The notes under the pieces were generated by a model. That model did not search any database. It saw only the letters and a program-made list of their open reading frames with translations, and was not told where the DNA came from. The position numbers and the translations under genes are program-made. A stretch of 64,000 bases of DNA from Nitrosopumilus sp. (GTDB lineage Archaea; Thermoproteota; Nitrososphaeria; Nitrososphaerales; Nitrosopumilaceae), in contig OZ252243.1 in NCBI GenBank assembly GCA_965249555.1, forward strand, positions 1,792,001-1,856,000. Direction: 5' to 3'. Positions 41,898 to 51,713 of this stretch are shown piece by piece. The number at the start of each line of letters is the position of its first letter. Positions within the stretch are counted from its first letter, which is position 1.

Positions 41898-44800
41898 ATG
41901 AATAAAATGTTATTTAATGCGTTAGTGGGGGGGGGGGTTGTCCTGTTTGCAATATCACTTCTTGCAAGTGCAGATGCTCAAATTTACGCACCTGGCCAGA
42001 CGGCAATCGATGGAGACTCTTTTGAGACTAGATCACTTCCAACCCAAACAGTGGTAAACTTTGACCCCCTCAAGGAAGGCGTATACACTGCTACGGCGGG
42101 CGGACAGACCAAAACTAGAACTGTTGTATCAGATGACCTTAATGACGAAGTAACTATTTCCTTTAATATTGCGAGTTCTTCTGTTAATACTGTCATCTTG
42201 TCATATGGCGGTGAGGAAGTTGCAAGGCAGACTGTAACGCGTAATCCAACTACAATTAGTGTGGGAGACGTCACTAGTACAAGCATTGAGATTTTATGGA
42301 AGACGCGAGATAATGCCTTTGACTATCATGTGTATAGAGATGGTAAACTACAAGGAAATCTCAACTTCCTCTACAGCGACCCCCGCACCGGCGGCGTTAA
42401 TACTGGTCTGACTCCTGGAACGACCTACGAATATTATGTCGGAGTATCTTACTTTGATCCTCCCTTGACTGTTAACTCTAATACTTTGACTGTAACTACA
42501 ACTGTACCTGATACAGAAAAACCAGTAATCACAGTTAATGAAGAATCATTCTCCATCGAGCTTGGAGAAACATACACGCCATTCACCTATTCTGCAACTG
42601 ATGATACTGATGGAGATATCGCAGGTGGTGTAATTGTTGACGGAGATACAGTTGATATCGATGTAGCTAATACTTACACTGTTACCTTTGATGTAGCTGA
42701 TGCGGCTGGAAACCTTGCAGAAACAGTAACTAGAACAGTTACAGTTACAGATACTACACCGCCAGAAACTCCCGTACTTGGACTGAGAGCAGTCACTGAC
42801 ACACATATAACGCTTTTCTGGGGTGCAGTGGGTAATGCCGACAGTTACACTTTGACCAGAATTGTTGGCGCAGAGACATCAGAGATACCGGACATTACTG
42901 GTACATCATACAATGATGATTCCTTGGAACCTGAAACAAATTACAAGTATACCATTACGGCAACAAATACTTTTGAGACAAGTGATAGTTCTAACGAGGT
43001 CACTATAACTACTCTTGCTACCACAACAATAACTTACACAGCTGACCAGACGGCAATAGAGGCAGACTCTTTTGATGTTTACGTAGTTCTTTCTCTTGAT
43101 GAGGTATTTGTAGAATTTGACCCCCGCCATCTAGGCGTATACAGTGTTACGTTGGACGGAGTGACCAAAACTATAGCTGTTACACGAGATAACTTGGATG
43201 ACACAATAGTCATCACATTTGATTATGTGAATTCCTATGTCGGCAATGCCGTCCTGTCATTTGACGATAAAGTGGTTGTAAGGCAGACTGTAACGAACGA
43301 GTCAGCACCAACAGTAGATGCTGTAAGAAATGCTGATAATTCCATTACACTATCCTGGAGTAATATAGTTGCCAACGATTTTATTATTTTTGTAGTTAAA
43401 GACGGTATTTCTGATGAATTGGCTAGGTTTGCTGATAGTCCACAGACTATTACGGATCGTGACTTGCTTGACAAAATAAATGATAGTGATGCAATTGGTG
43501 TAGCAGGTCTTGGTGAGGATACGGGGGTTGCTCAGGATGTTATAGATGCTATAACTGCTGCTATAACTGATGGTCAATTAGATGACACCATTCCTGCTCA
43601 AAACCCTGAGGCACCTGATACTACAGCACCACCAGTTCCTGCAATTACCACGCCATCTGCAACTGTTGGCGCATCACCAATCACAATTAATGGCGGTTCA
43701 ACTGAAGCCGGGGCAACTATAGAACTATTCCGTGGAGGAACATCAGTTGATACGACAACTGCCGATGGAACAGGTGCTTTCTCATTTACAGGAGTTGCAC
43801 TAGATGAAGGTCCCAACTCTTTTACTGCAAGAGCATCTGATGGAGTCAACATATCTGGTCCATCACCAGCTATAGTCATTACGCTTGATAGTATAGCACC
43901 AGTAATCACAGTAAATCCTCTTACCGTTACACTACCAGCTGGCTCAGCACAACCTGACTTGCTTGAAGGAGTCATAACTGATGATGGCTCTCCAGTTACT
44001 CCATCTGGAACTGTCAATATAGACACGCCAGACGATTACACTATCACTTATGATTCCACTGATGGTACAAATACAGCTGTCTCTGCAACTAGAACATACA
44101 CAGTAACTGTAGCAACTCCACCTGCTACTGAAACGCCGGCAATAAAGACAGGCTCTTTTGAGGTTACTAATCCGATAGATACAAACGATTTACTTGTAGA
44201 GTTTGTAGCCTTAAAGGCAGGCACATTTACGATTACGGCAGGTACGTCTACTGACACTGTTGATGTAACAGATACGGATGTAACAGATGAAATAGTGAAA
44301 AGTAAACAGATACCAGTCAACCATGAATTTGCTGGCGATGTAATCCTCTCATTTGACGATAAGACAGTTGCAAGCACAACTGCATCTCTACTTGCAATCA
44401 GGGCAGGCTCTTTTGATTATACTGGAGATGCTGCTGGAGATGTAACTGTATCCTTTGTCCCGTTAAGGGCAGGCACATTTCTAGTTGAGGCAGGTGATGC
44501 CAGCGATGACATAGTTGTTGCTACTGGCGATATAGGTAACACTGTATCATCTGATCCACTATCCCTTGGCAATGGTTTTAGTAGTGATATTCTCATTTTA
44601 TTGAATGGCGATGTATATCTAAGGCCACCAGTAGTGACTCTACCTGGCATCCCGACACTTGAGGCAGAAACCCCTACTCATAACAGTGTAACGCTCTCAT
44701 GGGATAAAATTGCCAGTGTAACAGGTTACATACTGAGCAGAACTAGTGGTGGAGCAACAACTGAGATACCAGTCACTGAGACCTCATATGATGATACCTT

Positions 44801-46763
44801 GGAACCTGAAACAACCTACACCTATTCCATAAGGGCAGTGTCTATAGCTGGAGACAGTGCCGCCTCTGATGTCGTGTCTGTAACTACACTTGCAGCACCA
44901 CCTGATACAACTCCATCACCAACTCCACCTGATACAGAAAAACCAGTAATCGCACCAGCAGGATCTGATACAACAATTGAGTTAACTCAAACCAACACTT
45001 ACAATGAACAAGGCGCTGCTGTAACTGATAATGACCCAGCCTACTCTGGAACAGTAGCAGCAGTCTCTGGTGATACACCTGACACCAGTGGTATAGGGGT
45101 ATACACCGTAACATATACTGCACCAGCTGATGCGGCAGGTAACACACCAGACCAACAATCAATTGTAATTACTGTAGTTGATACCACACCACCAACCTTT
45201 GATGTTGATGGTAACACAGCTGACTATGCAACTACAGTACCATTTGGCGGAGCATACACCCCAGGTGTAATTAACAATGCATCTGATATCTCAGGAATTG
45301 CATCCAGTACAGTTGGCGGTGAAACAGTCAATGTCGACACTTCTGGAGAGTATGTTGTAACTTATACTGTAACTGACAACAATGGATTACCTGCTACCAT
45401 CACTGAAACTGTAACAGTATCTGCAGCACCAGCAGTAGATGCTGTAAGAAATCCTGATAATTCCGTTACAGTATCCTGGAGTAATATAGAAACTAATCTC
45501 CCCAATGAATATGTTCTTACTATTGGTGACGGTAGTAATGATTTTGATACTTTCACTCCAACTGTAGAATCAAATCAATATACTATCACTACTACTATAA
45601 CTCGTATCATCGATCTAAACGATGCTAATCAAGTTTGTATAAAGGGTGTTGGTGTAGATAATAAAATATGTGAACCTGTACCTGAAGCATTTGATATAAC
45701 TAGTGGAGATGGTAGCACCACTAGTATACCTTCTGACACACCAAAGAAAAAAGGTGGAGATTCTAATGAATGGAAAACAAAGCCAACCTTTGGCAAACAT
45801 TGGAATAATCAAGCAGTACAGCTAGTTGATGACGGCTTTGTCTTTAATGGCATGCCATTAACCATTACAAACAACTGGCACACTGACTTTGATCTGACTA
45901 GCAGCATTATTGGTGATAACAATACAGTCCACATCAAAGGATATGCAACAAATGGCCTAAAGTCGGTATCTCTATCCCTTGGAGTTCCAGAAATTGGCCT
46001 GAAAACTAATGCAGAGTCCCACATTATAGTGAATGTAAATAGCAACTATACCAGTCCTGCAGGCTATGACATTGCAGATATCGTCCATGAGCAAAAAGAG
46101 GGACTGGTAAATGAGGAGATGACTAGCGCATCCATTGACAAAGTCAAATGCATATCATCAGATACTGCAGAGAGGTGCTTTGATGTTACCATATCATTTG
46201 TAATAATGGCACCATTATCCCATGAAGTATTGGCAATTAATGCAGTTGACAAACAACGTTATTCTACTACCACATATATCAACGAAGGTGTAGAGTTTAC
46301 AGGAGAAGCATTACTTGCAGCAGCAACTCATGAACTAAAACAAAAGCATGGCAACCAGAATCCGTTTGAGACCATATCACTAACCCAGCAGGACAGACGT
46401 TACCAGGTCTGGGAGGACCAATATGGATACATATGGTCACAAAATGACTATGGCACCTGGTTGCAGATTACAAGACCAGATATACAACAAAGAGATGATC
46501 TGCCAACAAGCGTAATGACTAGAATTCATTCAAACTTTGCAAATCTGGTAATTGATGAGCAGGATAGGGCAACCCTAATCTTTGATAGTAAGGCAATTCA
46601 GGGAACCTTGGATGAATCATTCTCATATGACATGCCATTAAGGCTGGACAGAGTATCAGATCCCGCATTGCTGGAATCACTATCCATACAAGAGATGCTA
46701 GCCCAGGAGATGCTGTGTGACTGTATGATATATGAGGACTCTGATCTTAGCTGGAACGACTAG
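41898..46763 (+). CDS. Giant secreted FN3/Ig-like repeat surface protein, paralogue B
   Basis: 1621 aa; shares signal peptide, a central block (about 44120-44910 vs 9330-10120) and the C-terminus with paralogue A; other modules differ. Confidence 0.9.
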   Translation: MNKMLFNALVGGGVVLFAISLLASADAQIYAPGQTAIDGDSFETRSLPTQTVVNFDPLKEGVYTATAGGQTKTRTVVSDDLNDEVTISFNIASSSVNTVILSYGGEEVARQTVTRNPTTISVGDVTSTSIEILWKTRDNAFDYHVYRDGKLQGNLNFLYSDPRTGGVNTGLTPGTTYEYYVGVSYFDPPLTVNSNTLTVTTTVPDTEKPVITVNEESFSIELGETYTPFTYSATDDTDGDIAGGVIVDGDTVDIDVANTYTVTFDVADAAGNLAETVTRTVTVTDTTPPETPVLGLRAVTDTHITLFWGAVGNADSYTLTRIVGAETSEIPDITGTSYNDDSLEPETNYKYTITATNTFETSDSSNEVTITTLATTTITYTADQTAIEADSFDVYVVLSLDEVFVEFDPRHLGVYSVTLDGVTKTIAVTRDNLDDTIVITFDYVNSYVGNAVLSFDDKVVVRQTVTNESAPTVDAVRNADNSITLSWSNIVANDFIIFVVKDGISDELARFADSPQTITDRDLLDKINDSDAIGVAGLGEDTGVAQDVIDAITAAITDGQLDDTIPAQNPEAPDTTAPPVPAITTPSATVGASPITINGGSTEAGATIELFRGGTSVDTTTADGTGAFSFTGVALDEGPNSFTARASDGVNISGPSPAIVITLDSIAPVITVNPLTVTLPAGSAQPDLLEGVITDDGSPVTPSGTVNIDTPDDYTITYDSTDGTNTAVSATRTYTVTVATPPATETPAIKTGSFEVTNPIDTNDLLVEFVALKAGTFTITAGTSTDTVDVTDTDVTDEIVKSKQIPVNHEFAGDVILSFDDKTVASTTASLLAIRAGSFDYTGDAAGDVTVSFVPLRAGTFLVEAGDASDDIVVATGDIGNTVSSDPLSLGNGFSSDILILLNGDVYLRPPVVTLPGIPTLEAETPTHNSVTLSWDKIASVTGYILSRTSGGATTEIPVTETSYDDTLEPETTYTYSIRAVSIAGDSAASDVVSVTTLAAPPDTTPSPTPPDTEKPVIAPAGSDTTIELTQTNTYNEQGAAVTDNDPAYSGTVAAVSGDTPDTSGIGVYTVTYTAPADAAGNTPDQQSIVITVVDTTPPTFDVDGNTADYATTVPFGGAYTPGVINNASDISGIASSTVGGETVNVDTSGEYVVTYTVTDNNGLPATITETVTVSAAPAVDAVRNPDNSVTVSWSNIETNLPNEYVLTIGDGSNDFDTFTPTVESNQYTITTTITRIIDLNDANQVCIKGVGVDNKICEPVPEAFDITSGDGSTTSIPSDTPKKKGGDSNEWKTKPTFGKHWNNQAVQLVDDGFVFNGMPLTITNNWHTDFDLTSSIIGDNNTVHIKGYATNGLKSVSLSLGVPEIGLKTNAESHIIVNVNSNYTSPAGYDIADIVHEQKEGLVNEEMTSASIDKVKCISSDTAERCFDVTISFVIMAPLSHEVLAINAVDKQRYSTTTYINEGVEFTGEALLAAATHELKQKHGNQNPFETISLTQQDRRYQVWEDQYGYIWSQNDYGTWLQITRPDIQQRDDLPTSVMTRIHSNFANLVIDEQDRATLIFDSKAIQGTLDESFSYDMPLRLDRVSDPALLESLSIQEMLAQEMLCDCMIYEDSDLSWND
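41927..41937 (+). repeat. G11 homopolymer in signal-peptide codons
   Basis: Same tract as 6981-6991. Confidence 0.9.
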
Positions 46764-46797
46764 GTTCCGTCACATATTTGAGAATTATATGTAATTA

Positions 46798-47074
46798 GGT
46801 GATTGGGTACCTACTACCCCTAAGATTATTATTGAATATTTCACAAAAACAATGGATGGATTTTGTATCATTTGCAAAAACAATCCCTGATGAATTATTA
46901 ATGCAATTCCTGGAATCAAAATATGACAAGAATCCTTCCCGTACTTTTTGCAAAAATAAAACTCTCTGTACCAAAGGCAGAGACAAAATGAGATGGCATA
47001 TCTGAGATGTCCTGATTCAGCAAAGCACGCTAGGAGGTGTCTGCAGTAGGGTTGGAGACGATTTCGTATGGGAG
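46798..47074 (+). mobile_element. Chimeric IS1595 left end plus IS110 end, second copy
   Basis: Near-identical to 11722-11998. Confidence 0.85.
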
Positions 47075-47570
47075 ATTCAATGACTCTCACAAGTTATGCG
47101 CATATGCCGGAGTCGTGCCATCAGTTAGAAACTCTGCAGATTACATTATGGCAGCATAACCAAAAGGGGAAGCATGACACTACGATGGGTTCTCATCCAA
47201 TGCGTCCATACCCATGCACTGCATGCCAAGAACAGTGACATTACAAAATTTTACAATCGCATTAAGAAAAAGAGAGGCTCATCAAAAGATGTAGTTGCCG
47301 CATCATCCCAGATTCTGCGAGTGATTTACTGGATGCTAAAAGAGAGGAGAGAATTTGTACAGAATTACAGTTAGGACTGCAAGTCGCGTGTTAGATGTTG
47401 AGGGACAAGCCTCGTTTCTTTAACTGCGAATAATCCTAACGAAGGGATGAAGATAGCATTGAGGAACAAGCCTTGTATGGATACATGTCCGTCATCTTTT
47501 GATTGAAAGCATTCCCTAGCGAAAGATATGCCTTGGGATGCAAAAAAGTGGGAAATGTATAAAAACAATT
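47075..47570 (+). mobile_element. 3' part of a second IS110 lineage (transposase C-terminus and non-coding end)
   Basis: KLCAYAGVVPSVRNS...ITKRGSMTLRWVLIQ...VAAS..ILRVIYWMLKE; right boundary approximate. Confidence 0.8.
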
Positions 47571-47622
47571 CACATGGATCAATCTTATTACCATTTCCTA
47601 AATTTTCTTGATTTTAAGAAAG

Positions 47623-47673
47623 TGTTACATTAGAGACATGGAATCAGGGGATGTTACATTAGAGACATGGAAT
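47623..47673 (+). repeat. 22-bp direct repeat, period 29
   Basis: TGTTACATTAGAGACATGGAAT at 47623 and 47652. Confidence 0.9.
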
Positions 47674-48214
47674 TATATAAAAACGCCTTTAACAAGAATT
47701 CTACACTATTCCAATATGAGTAAACATTTTATATTTCCTACTCTAAATTATTCTATGGGAAATTCTAAAAGAACTCCTAATGAACAGAGATCCGATGTTA
47801 ATCAGACTCATGAAAATAACAATCCAGAACGTCAAGCAATGCTAGATAATCGTAGTAGACAGATAAATAAAAAACAAAAATAGAATTTGTTTGACTTTTT
47901 TTTAAAATTCCACACATATTGTCGTCACTTTAATTTCCAAGTTAAATGCTTTTTATCTAATATTTTGAATCTAAATTAACATTCAACCCAACATTGAAAA
48001 TATAGATCCTGCTATTTTTACTACAACTTCACACATTGGTGCGATTTTAATACATTTTTCATAGAATTTTTTAAATTTTTTGTATGTTGAATACATATTA
48101 TTGATTTTAAAGATCAGCAAAAAGAATTCAGAAATACAGTTTGAAAAATTTAGACCTCGTTTTGGAATTAATGATATGGGAAAAGGGTCAGATGGAAATT
48201 ATTTCATAAATTAA

Positions 48215-48345
48215 AAGGGTCTGTGAGCTCATCTTTCGATGTCTCATACCTGTTCATACGAGGCTTATTCCTCAATGCTATCTTCAGCGAGCTCATCTTT
48301 CGATGTCTCATACCTGTCCAGGAGACCGATTAACAATACCTCCTT
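48215..48345 (+). ncRNA. Repeat-spacer-repeat RNA-like element related to the DUF3800-downstream motif
   Basis: 29-bp exact repeats at 48225-48253 and 48289-48317 with a 35-bp spacer; hairpin and 3' ACCG..TAAC.ATACC shared with 52458-52530. Confidence 0.65.
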
Positions 48346-48787
48346 ATTTTTATTAAATGTTGGTAATGACAATATTTGATAATCTAATGAAATGGGCCAA
48401 AACTAACAATCAGGATCCATTTTAAATAATACATTTAACACCATAATAATATGTATGGAATGGAATATTATGAAAATCACCCATCTTGTAATCCTTCTTT
48501 AGGACAAGATATAACAAAAATTCATTTCCGTAATAAACACCTTCATGCTGTGTGTAATTCAAAAACTAACAAATGTTCTGAACATTATGATGAATATCAT
48601 TTACTAAAACCGCTAGTTACTGTGATGTTACTAGGTTCTGAGTGATCAAGGATCTATTTTATTAATAATGATATTTGTTACTAATTATGTCTGAAGATGA
48701 CGAAAAACCTGCAAAAGGTGTAACAATCGGTACAAAACCAGTGTTTAAAGAAGAATACACTGCAAATAGAGATAAAAAGAAAGATAA

Positions 48788-49100
48788 TGATTAGTGAAGA
48801 AATTCTCTTGAATGAAGTTAATGCCAAATACACTCGTCAGTTAACTTCTTGGACATAATTAAATCACAAATCATCTACTTTTTTGCAATTAAACGGATTA
48901 CTTTTATCTATAATTGTTATTGGAATTTCTACGGCTACTATAGATAACTATGCATCTTTACTATTAATTTTTTCATCTAGTGCTTGGCGCATAGACCAAC
49001 CTTGATTATTCTAATACTTCTCTCAGATCAAACTTCTAGTGATTCGGATATTACTACACTTGTAATTAGTGGATTAGTTTTAATTTTATTTTCATATACT
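48788..49100 (+). pseudogene. Degraded membrane protein with premature stop
   Basis: MISEEILLNEVNAKYTRQLTSWT*LNHKSSTFLQLNGLLLSIIVIG...; boundaries approximate. Confidence 0.4.
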
Positions 49101-49132
49101 TCCCAAAGAAAAAAAACTACAAAAAAGGGGTC

Positions 49133-49471
49133 ATGACAGATATGACCTATATCATATTCTTTGTATTAGGAGTATTTTGTGGTTTAGGAATTCTTCTTGG
49201 GATTGATTCAGCGTATGGGATTGATTATCAGAAAGCAGATGCTGTTGATTTCACATATGGGATACCCGTAGCAATTGGAGGTCATGCAGCACTTGCCTTT
49301 TTTACATTAATGGCTATGACAGTTTCAATTATCAGGATTTCAAGGGTTGAAAGAAAACTAAAAAGAGCCAACAATACTAAATGGATTCCATTTGTTGGAG
49401 GAGTAACTGTAGGTTTTGGAATAATTAATGCACGCAATTTCTTTGTAAATGGCATACCTCCATTATGGTGA
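49133..49471 (+). CDS. Small three-TM membrane protein
   Basis: Three hydrophobic segments; purine-rich RBS-like AAGGGG upstream. Confidence 0.55.
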   Translation: MTDMTYIIFFVLGVFCGLGILLGIDSAYGIDYQKADAVDFTYGIPVAIGGHAALAFFTLMAMTVSIIRISRVERKLKRANNTKWIPFVGGVTVGFGIINARNFFVNGIPPLW

Positions 49472-49924
49472 AAATTAATAAAATAGGTACTAAATTTCTC
49501 ATTAAATTTTTTCTAAAAAATCACTGTTGGCCAGCGTGCTAATTTCTTTTTTATCTTTAATTAACCCTTCAGCTTTTGGAATCATTCTAGGAAAAAACGA
49601 AGTTACAGATAACATCAATATACAAATACAAAATAATGACAAAAATTGTCTTGTGTTTTGCATCAATTGTAATCAATTAATATTTATCAAAGTTTGCTAA
49701 AAACATTTGTTGGTTATTTTCTTATTGTATATATGATTATATTTTAGTAGGTTCTAATTATGATATACTTTGACGATAACCAATATCTGAGATTTGTATA
49801 TCCTTATTTACAAAATTTGTATAAAAGTATCATACATTTGAAATAAAAAAATAGGCTAGTTTATTGGTAGCCCATACCACTCGAAAACTGACATTATTAG
49901 GATCAATCAGATTAAAAACTTTGT

Positions 49925-49995
49925 GGGCTGGTAGTTTAATGGTAGAATTATCACTCGAAAACTGGTAGGTCAGGGTTCGATTCCCTGCCAGTCCA
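49925..49995 (+). tRNA. Atypical tRNA-like gene (Ala-type acceptor, ambiguous CGA/GAA anticodon)
   Basis: GGGCTGG/CCAGTCC-A acceptor; D-loop AATGGTA; T arm CAGGG-TTCGATT-CCCTG; irregular anticodon arm ATCA-CTCGAAAAC-TGGT. Confidence 0.7.
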
Positions 49996-50021
49996 CACTA
50001 GAAATGATTATATTTTACTTT

Positions 50022-50844
50022 GGCGATTAGGTACCTACTGCCCCTAACATATACTTCAACAATAAATTAAACAAATTACAATCCCTGTTGTTGTAATCCC
50101 CATTCCATCTCTCTTGATGTACAGTAAAAATTTGCCTAGACTCACTCCATGATGCTTTGCCATGTTCTCTTTGGCAAAACTCCAAAAGCCCTCAATACCG
50201 TTAATGTAAACATCACTTTTGCCAAACATCTTGCTATGATCTATTGAGAGATGTTTGTAGCCATTGAACACAAGTGAATCACATCCCTTTCACTTGTCAA
50301 TGTATACAATGCTTCCTTTTCTGACCTTCTTGATGGTACTTGCAAGTAATGTTTTAGCTTTGACGTTATTTACAATCTCAACGTAAACCCTGCCGTTTCT
50401 CTCTAAAATTCCAAACACAATGGTCTTGTTTTTGGCACCACGTCCACGATTTCCCATTCCTTTTTCCTCCAAAATACCCCGCCTCGTCAGCCTCAATCTG
50501 GCTCTTTAGAACCTTGTCTGTATCTGCCAATTCCTCAAGTATGGAATATCTGATTGCATCAAATGCCCTCAGAGCTGTCTTGTAACTTTTGCATCTGCTC
50601 TGTTGCAGTCTTGGCAGACACGGATAGCCCAAAGAGCTTGATCAGTGAGAGACATTTGGAATTCTAATCAATGAGAATTTGGAACTGGAAAACGGTCTGA
50701 AATCTTTCTGGCATTTTGTGCATCTCATTCTGTCCCTGCCTTTCATGATATAGAGAGCTTTGTTTTTGCAAAAGATACAAAATCCATCCATTATTTTTGT
50801 GAAATATTCCATAATAATCTAGGGGCAGTAGGTACCCAATCACC
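50022..50844 (-). mobile_element. IS1595-family element with multiply frameshifted transposase
   Basis: 25-bp TIRs; IEADE..YFGG, RGRGAKNKTIVFGILER, INGIEGFWSFAK. Confidence 0.9.
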
Positions 50845-50912
50845 ATGATATAATTTAGATTTAATCAACACTTTTCTTACATTTAATTAAGATCAGTGCC
50901 TATACAACTCAA

Positions 50913-51089
50913 ATGGCTGATGAAAAAAATGAGATCGAAAAACTCATTGATAATATGATTATTGGTGGCGATGAGTTAGTTGACAATCTAAAAACTATCT
51001 TACCCAATTCACTTGCAGAATCTATGGTTATGTTTCATGAATCAAATGTTACAAATCTAAAGAAAATCAAAGAATTCCTTAACAAATAG
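50913..51089 (+). CDS. Small hypothetical protein (58 aa, not in ORF track)
   Basis: MADEKNEIEKLIDNMIIGGDELVDNLK...KEFLNK. Confidence 0.65.
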   Translation: MADEKNEIEKLIDNMIIGGDELVDNLKTILPNSLAESMVMFHESNVTNLKKIKEFLNK

Positions 51090-51154
51090 ATTCAAAGTCT
51101 TGATTCCTATTATTGCTACTATATCCTTTTTAATCACTGTTTGAAATTTTTAGT

Positions 51155-51535
51155 GTGACTAGATCTAGAACTATTTCCATTGTTGTAAAAAAGAAGACTG
51201 GAGATGCATTTGATGCAATTTTAGAAATCCCTCCAAAGATGATGCCTGATGCAAAAATGAATAATGATGGTTGGTGGTTCTTTACTGGCCCTCATGGTAA
51301 ATCTAGACTAAAATTCAATGAAAACAAGTCATTTGGAATTTTAGATCATCAATTTGTTGATGAAGAATCTTCTTGGGATGTTCCAATGCGAGTGGTTCCT
51401 AGTGGTGATTTCTCTGAAGTTGTAATTACTTTGAATAAGCCTGCTGAATTAACTGATGTTCAGTTTGATCAAAGAATATCCGAAATTGGTGAGATGATAG
51501 TTGCAATGAAAAATATCCTTGAATCTGACTCTTAA
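51155..51535 (+). CDS. SRPBCC-like conserved protein
   Basis: FGILDH...VPMRVVP motif. Confidence 0.7.
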   Translation: MTRSRTISIVVKKKTGDAFDAILEIPPKMMPDAKMNNDGWWFFTGPHGKSRLKFNENKSFGILDHQFVDEESSWDVPMRVVPSGDFSEVVITLNKPAELTDVQFDQRISEIGEMIVAMKNILESDS

Positions 51536-51713
51536 TGTTTTGATTTAAAATTATTTTTGCGGATAGAAATTCATTACATATCTAAAAAATTGAAATTTCA
51601 GTAATTACATAAAAAATCATTTCAAATTATGTCTGTATTGTCAAAATAATACCTCTCTGAGTTAACAGTAAACACAGTTCTATCTTTTTATCTCACACAT
51701 GATATTTTGAATC

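Noticed and set aside
48225-48317. Calling this a canonical CRISPR array
   Set aside because: Only two repeats, no cas genes in the window, and the repeat resembles the DUF3800-downstream motif; reported as an ncRNA candidate instead.
37173-49995. Integrated element bounded by tRNA-Ser and the tRNA-like gene as attL/attR
   Set aside because: Only 9 nt are shared, there is no integrase, and ordinary genes (nitroreductase, Lrp) lie between.
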